A DNA stretch of 64,000 bases from contig CANQWK010000002.1 of NCBI GenBank assembly GCA_947627545.1, positions 39,864 through 103,863 of the forward strand, read 5' to 3'. The DNA comes from an uncultured Clostridia bacterium. Its GTDB lineage: Bacteria; Bacillota; Clostridia; Christensenellales; UBA1242. The position numbers and the translations under genes were made by a program. A model generated the notes under the pieces. That model had not been told where the DNA came from. It was given only the letters and a program-made list of their open reading frames with translations, and made no database searches. Positions 1 through 9,591 of the stretch are shown in pieces. Numbering within the stretch: the first letter of the stretch is position 1; every line of letters starts with the position of its first letter.

Positions 1-2
1 AT

Positions 3-791
3 GAAGAGTTAAACCAACAAATTTTTTCGGCTAAAAAAATAGACATAACCTTGCCAGCACCAAAATGCACAGGCAGTTTGCACCCTCGCACAATTGTTCA
101 ACGAGAAATTGAAGAAGTGTTTACCTCTATGGGCTTTGTGGTTGAGGACGGCAACGAGGTGGAAACCGAATACAACAATTTTACTGCGGTAAATGTGCCA
201 GAAAATCACCCTGCACGTGATATGCAGGACACTTTTTGGCTAGATAATGGTCAGGTTTTAAAAACGCACACATCGGCTTCGCAAAACCGAATTTTAAAAA
301 AATATCCGCTTCCAATTAGGGCAATTTTCCCTGGCAGATGTTTTAGAAATGAAGATGTTGACGCTGGGCATGAAAACACTTTCTTTCAGTTAGAGGGCAT
401 TATTGTAGATAAAGAAGTTTCGGTAGGCAATTTAATTTATTTTATGAAAGAAATGCTTTCTAAAATTTTTAAAAAGGAAGTAGAAATTAGGCTTCGCCCT
501 GGGTTTTTCCCATTTACCGAGCCAAGTTTTGAAATGGATGTTAGATGTCCATTCTGTGATGGAAAAGGTTGTCCAACCTGCAAAAATGGTGGTTGGATTG
601 AGTTGTGCCCATGCGGAATGATACATCCGCAAGTTCTAAAAAATGCAGGCATCAACCCAGAAGAATATAGCGGCTGTGCGTTCGGTTTGGGGTTAGATAG
701 AATGACGATGTTGACGTTTGGTATTAATGATATTAGGGAACTAAATAGCGGAAATTTAAAATTGTTAAAGCAATTTGGAATTAAAAATTAG
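3..791 (+). CDS. pheS: Phenylalanine--tRNA ligase alpha subunit (5' end lies outside the window)
   Basis: Frame 3 is open from nt 3 ([21 protein letters not shown]...) and runs into the 51..791 ORF. Class II aaRS motifs are visible: [42 protein letters not shown]. pheT follows directly. Confidence 0.93.
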   Translation, partial: EELNQQIFSAKKIDITLPAPKCTGSLHPRTIVQREIEEVFTSMGFVVEDGNEVETEYNNFTAVNVPENHPARDMQDTFWLDNGQVLKTHTSASQNRILKKYPLPIRAIFPGRCFRNEDVDAGHENTFFQLEGIIVDKEVSVGNLIYFMKEMLSKIFKKEVEIRLRPGFFPFTEPSFEMDVRCPFCDGKGCPTCKNGGWIELCPCGMIHPQVLKNAGINPEEYSGCAFGLGLDRMTMLTFGINDIRELNSGNLKLLKQFGIKN

Positions 792-799
792 GAGAAATT

Positions 800-3175
800 A
801 TGATTATTTCGTTAAATTGGATTAAAGAATTTGTAAACCTAGACGGCATTGAAATTGATGAAATTGTTAAAAGGTTTGGATTGTCAACTGCCGAAGTGGA
901 AAGTGTAAATTATGTTGGCAACGACATTGAAAAAGTTGTGGTTGCAAAAATTTTAAAGGTGGAAAATCATCCAAACAGCAATCATCTTCATATTTTGCAG
1001 GTAGATGACGGCAGTGAGCAGCCGGTTCAAGTTGTGTGCGGTGCACCAAATGTTAGGGTTGGATTAAAAACCTTTTTTGCGCAAGTTGGCGGCAGGGTTA
1101 AGCAGTTAAAAATTAAGCCAGCCAAGTTGGCAGGAGTTGAAAGCAACGGCATGTGTTGTGGTGGAAATGAGTTAGGCATAGAGGCGGACACATCTGGCAT
1201 TGTTGAACTAGACGATAGCCTAAAAGTTGGCGAAAGCATTTTTAACATTTTGCCTATTAAAGATGTGCTTATAGAAGTTGACAATAAATCGCTTACTAAC
1301 CGCCCAGATTTGTGGGGGCATTATGGCATTGCGCGTGAGTTTGCCGCAATTTTTAATAGGCCACTAAAACCGCTTAATTTAGATGACCCTTCGGCGTATA
1401 GCAAACTTAAAAAACTTAACATTAAAGTGGAAACAAAAAATTGCTTTAGATATAGCAGCATAACGGTTGCAAATGTTAATAAAAAAGTTTCTTCTGCCAT
1501 AATGAAATTGCGTTTAAATTATTGCGGAATGCGAGATATAAATTTGCTTGCCGATTTAACAAACTACATCATGCTAGAATTAGGCCAGCCAATGCACGCA
1601 TTTGATAACGCAGTTGTTAAAGGCATAACTGTTATAGAGGCGGACAAGCCTATTGTTATGGAAACGCTAGAACACGAAAAGCACACAATTGAGCCAGGAG
1701 CTATTGTAATTTGCGATGATAATCGTGAGCCGGTTGCAATTGCAGGTGTAAAAGGTGGTTTAAAGTCAGGCATATCGGCAAACACAAACAGTTTGCTAAT
1801 TGAAAGCGCTTGTTTTGATAGCATGGCAATTCGTAAAACTAGCCGCAAAATTGGCTTAATTACAGACGCCAGCACAAGATATGAAAAATCGCTTGACCCT
1901 GAATTGACAATCACCGCAATTGCTCGCTTGCTTTATCTTTTAAAAGAAATAGACGGCGGCGTTAAAGTTAGTTCAAGTTTAACCGATGTGTATAATTTTA
2001 AATATTCTATTCACACCATAAAAACCGATGCTGATTTCATTTGCAGGCGCGGTGGGGTAAATTTAAAGGAAACTGAAATTGTAAACATTTTAACTCGCTT
2101 GGGCTTTAAAGTGGAAAAACAGGGTAAAAATTTGCTTGTAACCGTTCCTTCTTGGCGCGGCACAAAAGATGTTTCTATTAGGGAAGATTTAGTTGAAGAA
2201 GTGTTTAGAATGTACGGCTACGATAACATTAAAAGTTCAACAATGTGCATGCCGCTAAAACCGGTAGATAAACTTAGCACTCACGAAATTGAATATGAAA
2301 TAAAACACGCATTAGCAAGCATTTTTAACCTTAACGAAGTGCATAGTTATGTGTGGAATTATTTAGATTTCAACAAGCAAATTGGCATAGAACAAAACAG
2401 CATGTTGCATTTAATGGAAGCGTCTAAAAGCGGACAAACCGGACTTAGAGTTAGCCTTGTGCCAACCTTGTTAAAAATTGCAGATGAAAACAAAAATAAA
2501 TTTGAGGACATTTCAATTTTTGAAATAGGCAGGGTTTTTGATGCACTAGATGAAAATAACCTAGCTGTTGAACGCAAAAAACTTGGCATAGTTTTGGCAA
2601 GTGAAAGCGAAAAAGACGAAAAACTTTACTTTAAATTAAAGCAGATTGCTGAATATATTTCTAACAACCTTGTTGGCGCAAATTTAGAGTTTAAAACGCC
2701 AGCAGAAAACAAAATTTATCATCCAACCAATTCATGCCAAATTTTTGCAAACAAGCAGGTGGGAGAAATGGGCATTTTGCACCCAGCAATTGCCAAAAAG
2801 ATAGATGCGCGCAAGCAGTTTGCTGTGTTAGAGTTAGATGTTAATGAGTTAATTTCTTCTCCAAAACAGACTTTTAAATATCTGCCAACTAGCAAATATC
2901 AGCCTGTTAGCCTAGACTTTAACTTTGTTGCAGATAAATCAACTCCATATTCAACACTAGAAAATATAATAAACAACTTTAAATGTAATTATATTTTAGA
3001 GCATAGTTTAAAAGATATTTACATTAACGAGCAAACACTTAAAGATAAAATTAGTTACACAATTAATGTAACAATTACGCCAAAAGATAAAACTTTAAGT
3101 TCTAACGATATTGAAAAATTTTCTAAACGCTTTATAGATGCGTTTGCTAGCCAAAACATAATTTTAAGAAATTAA
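800..3175 (+). CDS. pheT: Phenylalanine--tRNA ligase beta subunit
   Basis: 791 aa. The N-terminal OB/tRNA-binding segment is VVAKILKVENHPNSNHLHILQVDDG. An AGGAG SD lies upstream (taggagaaattATG). Gene order is the classic pheS-pheT, with an 8-nt gap. Confidence 0.93.
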   Translation: MIISLNWIKEFVNLDGIEIDEIVKRFGLSTAEVESVNYVGNDIEKVVVAKILKVENHPNSNHLHILQVDDGSEQPVQVVCGAPNVRVGLKTFFAQVGGRVKQLKIKPAKLAGVESNGMCCGGNELGIEADTSGIVELDDSLKVGESIFNILPIKDVLIEVDNKSLTNRPDLWGHYGIAREFAAIFNRPLKPLNLDDPSAYSKLKKLNIKVETKNCFRYSSITVANVNKKVSSAIMKLRLNYCGMRDINLLADLTNYIMLELGQPMHAFDNAVVKGITVIEADKPIVMETLEHEKHTIEPGAIVICDDNREPVAIAGVKGGLKSGISANTNSLLIESACFDSMAIRKTSRKIGLITDASTRYEKSLDPELTITAIARLLYLLKEIDGGVKVSSSLTDVYNFKYSIHTIKTDADFICRRGGVNLKETEIVNILTRLGFKVEKQGKNLLVTVPSWRGTKDVSIREDLVEEVFRMYGYDNIKSSTMCMPLKPVDKLSTHEIEYEIKHALASIFNLNEVHSYVWNYLDFNKQIGIEQNSMLHLMEASKSGQTGLRVSLVPTLLKIADENKNKFEDISIFEIGRVFDALDENNLAVERKKLGIVLASESEKDEKLYFKLKQIAEYISNNLVGANLEFKTPAENKIYHPTNSCQIFANKQVGEMGILHPAIAKKIDARKQFAVLELDVNELISSPKQTFKYLPTSKYQPVSLDFNFVADKSTPYSTLENIINNFKCNYILEHSLKDIYINEQTLKDKISYTINVTITPKDKTLSSNDIEKFSKRFIDAFASQNIILRN

Positions 3176-3213
3176 TTAAAAATAATAATAAAAAAATTGC
3201 ACATAATATTAGC

Positions 3214-4521
3214 GTGAAAAGGGCGATAATTTTATGTGTTGTTTTTTTAACAATTTTGCTTTGTGCGGCTTGCCCCCAAAAAATTGAGGCAAAAGCAGAA
3301 ACTTACAACCGCATTCAGTTTTTACATAATGGCAAAACTTTTAGTTATAATTTAGAAAAAAACATAAAATCTAGCCCACAATTTGATTTAAATTACGAGT
3401 TTAACAAATATAATCGCTTTGGCTCATTTTTACAGCGAAAACAACTTTTAAATCACCTTATAAGCATAGGAATAGATAAAGAAATAGCTGTAAATTATCT
3501 TTTTCCAAACCTAAACAAATTAGTTTTAAGCATGGAAAAAAATATTTTTGTTAAGCCAAAAGATGCAAAATTAACTTTAAACACAAATAGCGAAAAAGTA
3601 TTTAACATTTCAAGCGAAATTGTCGGCTGCAAATTGAACGCCGCCGCACTTTATGAGCAAATTATTTATAAATTTTTAAATGATAAAGATTTAACAATAA
3701 CTCTACCCACAATAGAACTTCAACCTAGCGTTTTTTCTAGCGAATTAAAAAAGTTTTCTAATTTGCGTGCAGATTTTTCAACCAATATTTCTAGTTCGTC
3801 TGCCGATAGAAAACACAACATAAAAAATGCACTTAACAGCCTAAATAAAGTGGAAATTTATCCTAACGAAGTTTTTTCGTTTAACAAAATTGTTGGCAGG
3901 CGAACGGCGGCAAACGGCTATAGAGAAGCAAAAATTATTGTAAACAACGAGTTTGTTGACGGTTTAGGTGGCGGAGTGTGTCAGGTTTCTAGCACGCTTT
4001 ACAATGCGGCGTTGTTGGCAGGGCTAGATATTGTTGAAGCAAACAAGCACAGTAAGCAGGTTAATTATGTAAAATATGGCTTTGACGCAATGGTCAATTT
4101 TGGCAGTTCGGATTTAAAATTTAAAAATAACACCAATCAAAAAATTACAATTATAACAAATTTTTCGCAAACGCACGCTCGCATACGCATTTTTGGGCAG
4201 CAGCTTAACGAAACATACAAATTAACCAACGAAATTGTTAGTGTAACCGAGCCTAGCGAAGAAATTGTTTTAGATAACCAAAACAAATATGCCGACCGCG
4301 TTACCTACGAAGATGAGTTTTTCTATTTAAAGCGAGCCAGCAAAGGCATGGAAATTAAGTCATATAGAGAAAAATATTTAAATGGCGAACTTGTTAAAAA
4401 AGAGTTGCTTCGCTTTGATAAATTTTCCGTTCAAAACGCAATAAAAGTTTATGGCACAAAAAAAAGAGAGAACCAAAGTTCTCTCAATTTTAGCCTAGCC
4501 GAACAATTTATTAGCAATTAG
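3214..4521 (+). CDS. VanW-domain protein with N-terminal signal/anchor
   Basis: 435 aa. The hydrophobic N-terminus is MKRAIILCVVFLTILLCAAC. The VanW-like core is YREAKIIVNNEFVDGLGGGVCQVSSTLYNAALLAGLDIVE. The only in-frame start is GTG 3214, which has no SD, so start and translation mode are uncertain. Confidence 0.75.
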   Translation: MKRAIILCVVFLTILLCAACPQKIEAKAETYNRIQFLHNGKTFSYNLEKNIKSSPQFDLNYEFNKYNRFGSFLQRKQLLNHLISIGIDKEIAVNYLFPNLNKLVLSMEKNIFVKPKDAKLTLNTNSEKVFNISSEIVGCKLNAAALYEQIIYKFLNDKDLTITLPTIELQPSVFSSELKKFSNLRADFSTNISSSSADRKHNIKNALNSLNKVEIYPNEVFSFNKIVGRRTAANGYREAKIIVNNEFVDGLGGGVCQVSSTLYNAALLAGLDIVEANKHSKQVNYVKYGFDAMVNFGSSDLKFKNNTNQKITIITNFSQTHARIRIFGQQLNETYKLTNEIVSVTEPSEEIVLDNQNKYADRVTYEDEFFYLKRASKGMEIKSYREKYLNGELVKKELLRFDKFSVQNAIKVYGTKKRENQSSLNFSLAEQFISN

Positions 4522-4523
4522 CA

Positions 4524-5567
4524 TTAAGGTTTTTGGCTCATTGGCAAAATATTGTAATTTGCAAACGAACTTTTATATTCATCTAATGAGTTGTCTGGCA
4601 CGTAGATTGGAAAGGAGTTTTTCTGATGAGACGCGGTAAAGGTCGAAGCTCCGGTTGGCGGCGTTTCGCCTAAAAATACAGCATATTCTTTAACAGGAGG
4701 AGAATCTGGACAAAATAAGCTGGACGCTCCAAGCGTTTTTAATCCGGCAGGGAAAGTTATTCTTTTTACATACGCGCCATAAAGAAATTGTGAGTTTATT
4801 ACTGTTATGTTGCTTGGAATAACCATTTCGGTGTCAAAACAAACAAAACCAAACATTGTGTTTGGCGTTTTAGTTACTTCCGAAATTGGCCAGACCAAAT
4901 CGGTTATAATTGGCTTATCTTTGCTTGAGTTTGCAAAGCAACTTTGTTGTATGTTCTGTAAACTAGATGGAATGTGTAATGAATGCTGCCCATAATAAGA
5001 GTTATATAGTCCAGATTGGTCTATTTTTGTTAAATTAGGCAAAGCAGACATATCTATGCCGTGAACGTATGATAAACCACTATTACCAATTTCTTTAAGT
5101 TCGGTTAAGTCGTTAAAATTGTCTATTGTAATGTTTTGGTTTGTGTTAAAAAAGGCGAAATCTTCAATTATTTTAGTGTGCGGCGACATATTTATGTTAA
5201 TTATAGACGGAAAATGATAAAATAAATGACTTTTAACAAACACTGTGTCGTCTTTAAATTTAAAAGTATATTTTGTTTCAGGGTCCATTTTGTCAGGGTC
5301 GTAAATAAAATATGTGTAAGCAAGTTCTTGAAAAATGCCTGTTTTAATCTCTCCATCACTTCCAAAATATGTTTTACCTTCTAAAACATCTTCTGGCGTG
5401 GCTGTGGCTAGAGAAAAATCGATGTTGGCACTTACAATACTTTTTATTCCATTTGTTATTTCGCTGGGGCTAGGATTGGAATTCGCCTGCAACACCTTGC
5501 CGCCTTTTTTAATAATTGCATCTTTTTGATTTATTAATTCTTGCTTTAATTCCTCTAAATTTTGCAT
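4524..5567 (-). CDS. BspA-type (LRR_5-like) leucine-rich repeat protein, no signal peptide
   Basis: 347 aa. It has repeated F..C/S..L..I.IP..(V/L)..I segments (IPSSLQNIQQSCFANS, IPSNITVINSQFLYGAYVKRITFPAGLKTLGASSLF). The N-terminus is a helical segment, MQNLEELKQELINQKDAIIKKGG. An AAGGAG SD is present. The stop is 2 nt from the VanW stop (convergent). Confidence 0.6.
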   Translation of the reverse strand: MQNLEELKQELINQKDAIIKKGGKVLQANSNPSPSEITNGIKSIVSANIDFSLATATPEDVLEGKTYFGSDGEIKTGIFQELAYTYFIYDPDKMDPETKYTFKFKDDTVFVKSHLFYHFPSIININMSPHTKIIEDFAFFNTNQNITIDNFNDLTELKEIGNSGLSYVHGIDMSALPNLTKIDQSGLYNSYYGQHSLHIPSSLQNIQQSCFANSSKDKPIITDLVWPISEVTKTPNTMFGFVCFDTEMVIPSNITVINSQFLYGAYVKRITFPAGLKTLGASSLFCPDSPPVKEYAVFLGETPPTGASTFTASHQKNSFPIYVPDNSLDEYKSSFANYNILPMSQKP

Positions 5568-5697
5568 ATATCTCCTTAATTTTTAAAACTAAAAATTTGC
5601 TAAAAAATTTTAAAAATTTTAATTTTTTGCATGTTTTTTTAAATTTTTTGCTAAATATTGTACATTTTTTATAATTTTTTTAAAAAATTAAGTTTTT

Positions 5698-5862
5698 TTA
5701 ATATTTGCCAAGTAATATATTTTCTATATCTTTTTCTAAAACATAAGTTCCATTTAAAATAAAATCTAATTCGTTTTCAGTAAGCAAAATTTTATAATAT
5801 TTCTCTAACCGCTTTTCTAAATTATTAATTCTTTTTAAAAGCATCTCAATATCATTTTGCAT
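5698..5862 (-). CDS. Small predicted coiled-coil protein (54 aa), below the ORF-track cutoff
   Basis: My own translation is MQNDIEMLLKRINNLEKRLEKYYKILLTENELDFILNGTYVLEKDIENILLGKY*. A GGGAGG SD (rc of 5868-5873) sits 5 nt upstream of the ATG. A TGtTATTAT extended -10 lies upstream. It is on the same strand as, and upstream of, the LRR gene. Confidence 0.4.
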   Translation of the reverse strand: MQNDIEMLLKRINNLEKRLEKYYKILLTENELDFILNGTYVLEKDIENILLGKY

Positions 5863-5987
5863 GTCGGCCTCCCAAAAGATAATAACATTTAAATTCTTTG
5901 TTAATTCTAAAAACTGCCAATTTTACCGCAACTAGCCTACAAACTTTATTACATAACGGCGTTTAAACGATATGCTTTTAAAAATGT

Positions 5988-6016
5988 TTGCAAAATTTAT
6001 TTTTGTGTGCTATAAT
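5988..6016 (+). promoter_or_regulatory. Sigma-A-type promoter of the 6050 membrane-protein gene
   Basis: TTGCAA (5988-5993), a 17-nt spacer, then TGcTATAAT (-10 at 6011-6016). Confidence 0.6.
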
Positions 6017-6049
6017 AAATTAAGTTTTTAAGTTGATTGTGGAGTTATT

Positions 6050-6742
6050 ATGTCTAAAAATTTAAAATTATCTTTTATTTTTAATTTCGCCATTGCGTGC
6101 GTGTTGGTGGCTTTTAAATCTGTTTCAGCATTTTTCGGCTTAGGCATTGCCTTTGTTGCCGTTTTAGTGCTTTTTTCTGCCGTTTTAATTTTAATTTGCA
6201 CCGATAAATTGGTTAAAACTCGTTCGCTAGATTTATTCATTATTTCAGCAGTTTTTACAGCCTTAGAATTTTTAGTTTTCTTTGTGCTTGAAATTAATTC
6301 GCAAAGCATAACATCTGGTGCGGTTAAAGGGTTTAATGGTTTTCAAAGCGTAATTTCGGCATTTGCTGTAATTTATTTTGTTTATGTTGTGTTTAGAGTT
6401 ATAACCGAACTTAGAGGCAATAAATTTACTTTTATTGAAAAATTGCTAACAAAATCTCCAAAACAAAGAGAGCCTAAAAAGGCAAAAGAACTAACAAACG
6501 GCAGTTTAATGGAAAAACCTAATAAAAATAAGGAGAAAGAACTTACCGAACAGGAAGATTTACAATTGCAACAAAAGGATTTTAACGAGCAAACAACCAG
6601 CAAAAATGATAGAGAAAACGAGCAAAAAGCCCCTGTAGAAAATTTAAAAAAATTCAACAATGAGGCGCAAAACGTTAGCAGCATTGCTCAAACCGAAGTT
6701 GTTATAAAATCTAATTTTAATGACGAACATATTGAAAATTAA
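6050..6742 (+). CDS. Integral membrane protein with K/E/Q/N-rich C-terminal tail, unknown function
   Basis: 230 aa. There are four hydrophobic segments in the first ~125 aa (FNFAIACVLVAF, GIAFVAVLVLFSAVLILICT, LFIISAVFTALEFLVFFVL, VISAFAVIYFVYVVF), followed by a ~100-aa charged low-complexity tail. It has a GGAG SD and its own promoter. Confidence 0.7.
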   Translation: MSKNLKLSFIFNFAIACVLVAFKSVSAFFGLGIAFVAVLVLFSAVLILICTDKLVKTRSLDLFIISAVFTALEFLVFFVLEINSQSITSGAVKGFNGFQSVISAFAVIYFVYVVFRVITELRGNKFTFIEKLLTKSPKQREPKKAKELTNGSLMEKPNKNKEKELTEQEDLQLQQKDFNEQTTSKNDRENEQKAPVENLKKFNNEAQNVSSIAQTEVVIKSNFNDEHIEN

Positions 6743-6820
6743 ATTTTATTAAAAAACTATTATTAAAACTAAATATTAAAAATTATATAAAACATATTTG
6801 AAAAAAGTTTTTAAAACTTG

Positions 6821-6849
6821 TTGACAAGTATGTTTTTTTATGCTAATAT
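6821..6849 (+). promoter_or_regulatory. Promoter of rpmG-secE-nusG
   Basis: TTGACA (6821-6826), a 17-nt spacer, then TGcTAATAT (-10 at 6844-6849). The ~95-nt leader carries small hairpins (ggtgttt/aaacacc, acgca/tgcgt). Confidence 0.7.
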
Positions 6850-6944
6850 ATAGTTAGCACTTGAAAAGGTGTTTTTTTAAACACCATTTTAAATTTAAGC
6901 AAATAGCAAATTGCTTACGCATTTGCGTTAAAAAGGAGATTATT

Positions 6945-7115
6945 ATGGCAAAGGCTAAAAAAACTAAAAGAGAAAAAATCATTTTAGAATGCACAGTTTG
7001 CAAAAACAGAAATTATAACACTAGCAAAAACAAGGCTAACGACCCTGAAAGGCTAGAAGTTAAAAAATATTGCCCAACTTGCAAAAAAACAACCGCTCAT
7101 AAAGAAACAAAATAA
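6945..7115 (+). CDS. rpmG: 50S ribosomal protein L33
   Basis: 56 aa starting at ATG 6945 (AAGGAG SD upstream). The 6861 start in the ORF track is an upstream extension. The zinc-ribbon pattern is CTVC...CPTC. It sits at the head of the secE-nusG-rplKA cluster. Confidence 0.9.
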   Translation: MAKAKKTKREKIILECTVCKNRNYNTSKNKANDPERLEVKKYCPTCKKTTAHKETK

Positions 7116-7126
7116 AGGGGGAAATT

Positions 7127-7588
7127 GTGTCTAAGAAAAACAAAAAGAACAAAAGCAAGCTTACTGCTCAAGCAAACAATGTTCAGGCCGAAAGCGAACT
7201 AAAACAAACAGTTGTTCCTACTAATGAAAATTTGCAAAACAATAGCCAAACAACTGAGGCTAAAACAGATAACTCTCAATTGGAAAATTCACAAAATAAT
7301 TCTCAATTGGTAGAAACCGAAGTTCAAGGGGAAAAAGGCAAAAACAAGGTTGTTGAAGTTAAGGCTAAAGATGTAGATAAAAAGAAAAAGAAAGAAAAAG
7401 TTAAAAAGCCTAACAAAGTGGCAAAAGCGCTTAAAGATACAGGCAGCGAACTTAAAAAAGTTACTTGGCCTAAGTTTGGTCAGGTAGTTAAACAAACAGG
7501 CATAGTTTTGGCTGTTGTTATAATTTTTGCATTGGTTTTGTTAGGTCTAGATAAGTTATGCTCTTTGCTTGTTGGCTTGCTAAATTAG
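7127..7588 (+). CDS. secE: Preprotein translocase subunit SecE with long low-complexity N-terminal extension
   Basis: GTG start with an AGGGGG SD. The C-terminal ~50 aa (KVTWPKFGQVVKQTGIVLAVVIIFALVLLGLD) matches the single-TM SecE core. It has the conserved position between rpmG and nusG. Confidence 0.85.
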   Translation: MSKKNKKNKSKLTAQANNVQAESELKQTVVPTNENLQNNSQTTEAKTDNSQLENSQNNSQLVETEVQGEKGKNKVVEVKAKDVDKKKKKEKVKKPNKVAKALKDTGSELKKVTWPKFGQVVKQTGIVLAVVIIFALVLLGLDKLCSLLVGLLN

Positions 7589-7602
7589 TTTAAGGAGATA
7601 TT

Positions 7603-8160
7603 ATGTCAGTTATTAATTCAAATAGAGATACCGAACCAAAATGGTATGTGCTAAAAGTTTTTGCAGGGTACGAAAATGTTGCAAAGCAAAACTTGGAAAG
7701 CACCATTGAAAAGTTCGGCTTGGAAGATAGAATTCTTCAAATTGTTATTCCTATGGAAGACGTGCTAGAAGAAAAGCGTGGCAAAAAGGTGCTTGTTCCT
7801 AAAAAAACCATGCCAGGTTATCTTCTTGTTAAAATGATTTATGGCGATGATATTTGGCACGCCGTTATTCACACTATGTACATTTCAAGTTTTGTTGGAC
7901 CTAAGGGTCGCCCAGAAAGCATCACCGATGACGAAGCTAGGCGTTTAGGCGTTTATGGCAGCACAGGCGAAGTTAAAATTGCAATAGACATTAATGTTGG
8001 CGATATGGCGGAAATTATTGACGGCTCGCTTGCAGGTTTTGTTGGAAAAGTTAAAGCAATTGACGCTAATAATCAAAAAGTTACCCTTATTGTTGAAATG
8101 TTTGGTAGGGAAAACGAAGTAGAGGCAGGCTTTAGTCAAATAAGAGTAAGCAACAAATAA
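7603..8160 (+). CDS. nusG: Transcription termination/antitermination factor NusG
   Basis: 185 aa. NGN domain: KWYVLKVFAGYENVAKQNLE. KOW motif: GDMAEIIDGSLAGFVGKVKAID. AAGGAG SD present. Confidence 0.93.
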   Translation: MSVINSNRDTEPKWYVLKVFAGYENVAKQNLESTIEKFGLEDRILQIVIPMEDVLEEKRGKKVLVPKKTMPGYLLVKMIYGDDIWHAVIHTMYISSFVGPKGRPESITDDEARRLGVYGSTGEVKIAIDINVGDMAEIIDGSLAGFVGKVKAIDANNQKVTLIVEMFGRENEVEAGFSQIRVSNK

Positions 8161-8178
8161 AAATTATTTAAAAACCAC

Positions 8179-8207
8179 TTGACAAACACTTTTTACTATG
8201 TTAAAAT
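8179..8207 (+). promoter_or_regulatory. Promoter of rplK-rplA
   Basis: TTGACA (8179-8184), a 17-nt spacer, then TGtTAAAAT (-10 at 8202-8207). Confidence 0.7.
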
Positions 8208-8215
8208 TTAATTAT

Positions 8216-8244
8216 CGTGGTAGGGCATTAGTCCGCTAACCACG
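8216..8244 (+). promoter_or_regulatory. Leader stem-loop of the rplKA mRNA (possible L1 autoregulatory site)
   Basis: cgtggt (8216-8221) pairs with accacg (8239-8244) around the G-rich loop agggcattagtccgcta. It lies between the predicted TSS and the SD. The function is inferred only from its position. Confidence 0.3.
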
Positions 8245-8271
8245 CCATTTTAATTGAATAAGGAGGACAAA

Positions 8272-8709
8272 ATGGCAAAGAAAGTTAAAGCTGTTGTTAG
8301 CATTCAACTTCCTGCCGGCAAAGCCACACCAGGGCCACCAGTTGGTTCAACTTTAGGTCCACATGGCATTAACCTTGCAGGTTTTGTTAAAGAGTTTAAC
8401 GATAAAACAGCAAAAATGGTTGGTTACACAATTCCTTGTGTGCTAACAATTTATGAAGATAGAAGTTTTACCTTCATCTTAAAACAACCACCTGCAGTTG
8501 ACTTAATTTTAAAAGAAGCAGGCATTGAAAAAGGCAGTGCAAAAGCACGCACAAAAGTTGGAAAAATTACTGCTGAACAACTTAAAAAAATTGCAGAACA
8601 AAAAATGCCAGACCTTAACGCAAGCAGCCTAGATGCCGCTATGAGCATGATTGCTGGTACTTGCAGAAGCATGGGTATTACAGTGGAGGGCTATAATGGA
8701 AAGAAGTAA
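8272..8709 (+). CDS. rplK: 50S ribosomal protein L11
   Basis: ATG 8272 is preceded by AAGGAGG. The track start at 8254 adds 6 aa with no SD. The L11 N-terminal signature is [23 protein letters not shown]. Confidence 0.93.
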   Translation: MAKKVKAVVSIQLPAGKATPGPPVGSTLGPHGINLAGFVKEFNDKTAKMVGYTIPCVLTIYEDRSFTFILKQPPAVDLILKEAGIEKGSAKARTKVGKITAEQLKKIAEQKMPDLNASSLDAAMSMIAGTCRSMGITVEGYNGKK

Positions 8710-9388
8710 AAAATATGTAGAATCCGCTAAACTCATTGATAAAACTAAGGTTTATGACGTTAAAGAGGCTATAAACACTGTGTTAAGCACAGCAAAAGCA
8801 AAATTTGATGAAACAATTGAACTTCACATCAGGCTTGGCGTAGATGGTCGAAATGCAGACCAACAAGTTCGTGGTGTTGTGGTGTTGCCAGAAGGCACAG
8901 GTAAAACCGTTAAAGTTTTGGTTATTGCCAAAGGAGATAAAGCCGAAGAGGCTAAAAAAGCAGGAGCAGACATTGTTGGTGATGATGAAATTATTGCTAA
9001 AATAATGTCAGGCAGTTGGCTAGATTTTGACGTGTGCATTACCACCCCAGACATGATGGGTGCGTTAGGCAGATGTGCAAGAATTTTAGGTCCTAAAGGC
9101 TTAATGCCAAACCCTAAAAGCGGCACAGTTACTATGGACGTAACAAAAGCTATTAAAGATGTTAAAGCTGGTAAAGTTGAATATAGGCTAGATAAACAAA
9201 ACATCATTCATGTTCGCATAGGAAAAGCAAGTTTTGGTGCAGAAAAATTGTTAAATAACTTAACCACAGTTATGGATGCAATTATAAAAGCAAAACCAGC
9301 CGCAGCAAAAGGCACATATTTGAAATCAATTTACCTTGCTTCAACAATGGGCCCTAGCGTAAAAGTTAATTACAGCGAAAGTAAATAA
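8696..9388 (+). CDS. rplA: 50S ribosomal protein L1
   Basis: ATG 8696 is preceded by GGAGGG and overlaps the rplK 3' end by 14 nt. The track start at 8651 is an upstream extension. L1 motifs: [29 protein letters not shown]. Confidence 0.93.
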   Translation: MERSKKYVESAKLIDKTKVYDVKEAINTVLSTAKAKFDETIELHIRLGVDGRNADQQVRGVVVLPEGTGKTVKVLVIAKGDKAEEAKKAGADIVGDDEIIAKIMSGSWLDFDVCITTPDMMGALGRCARILGPKGLMPNPKSGTVTMDVTKAIKDVKAGKVEYRLDKQNIIHVRIGKASFGAEKLLNNLTTVMDAIIKAKPAAAKGTYLKSIYLASTMGPSVKVNYSESK

Positions 9389-9393
9389 TTGTA

Positions 9394-9416
9394 AAAAGTG
9401 GCATTTGCCACTTTTT
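9394..9416 (+). terminator. Intrinsic terminator after rplA
   Basis: aaaagtggca / tgccactttt stem with a 2-nt loop (GC core 9398-9402 / 9407-9411), followed by a T run. Confidence 0.8.
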
Positions 9417-9538
9417 ATTTAAAATTTTAAAATATTTAATAAGAAAAAATATAACAAGAAAATGATATAATAAGGAAATAATTTACTAAATTATAAAAAA
9501 TAAAAAAATAATTACAAAAAACATATAAGCGTAAAAAT

Positions 9539-9567
9539 TTGACAATTTATAAAATTTATGTTAACAT
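9539..9567 (+). promoter_or_regulatory. Promoter of the 9592 ORF (and probably dut / ABC-FtsX)
   Basis: TTGACA (9539-9544), a 17-nt spacer, then TGtTAACAT (-10 at 9562-9567). Confidence 0.6.
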
Positions 9568-9591
9568 AATTATATTATATTTGGAGGATTT

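Noticed and set aside
6861-8695. The ORF track gives longer N-terminal extensions for rpmG (6861), rplK (8254) and rplA (8651). It does the same for the GT2-TPR gene (25335) and ORF 17803..18264.
   Set aside because: In each case an internal ATG is preceded at the right distance by a strong SD and yields the conserved N-terminus. The extensions start without an SD.
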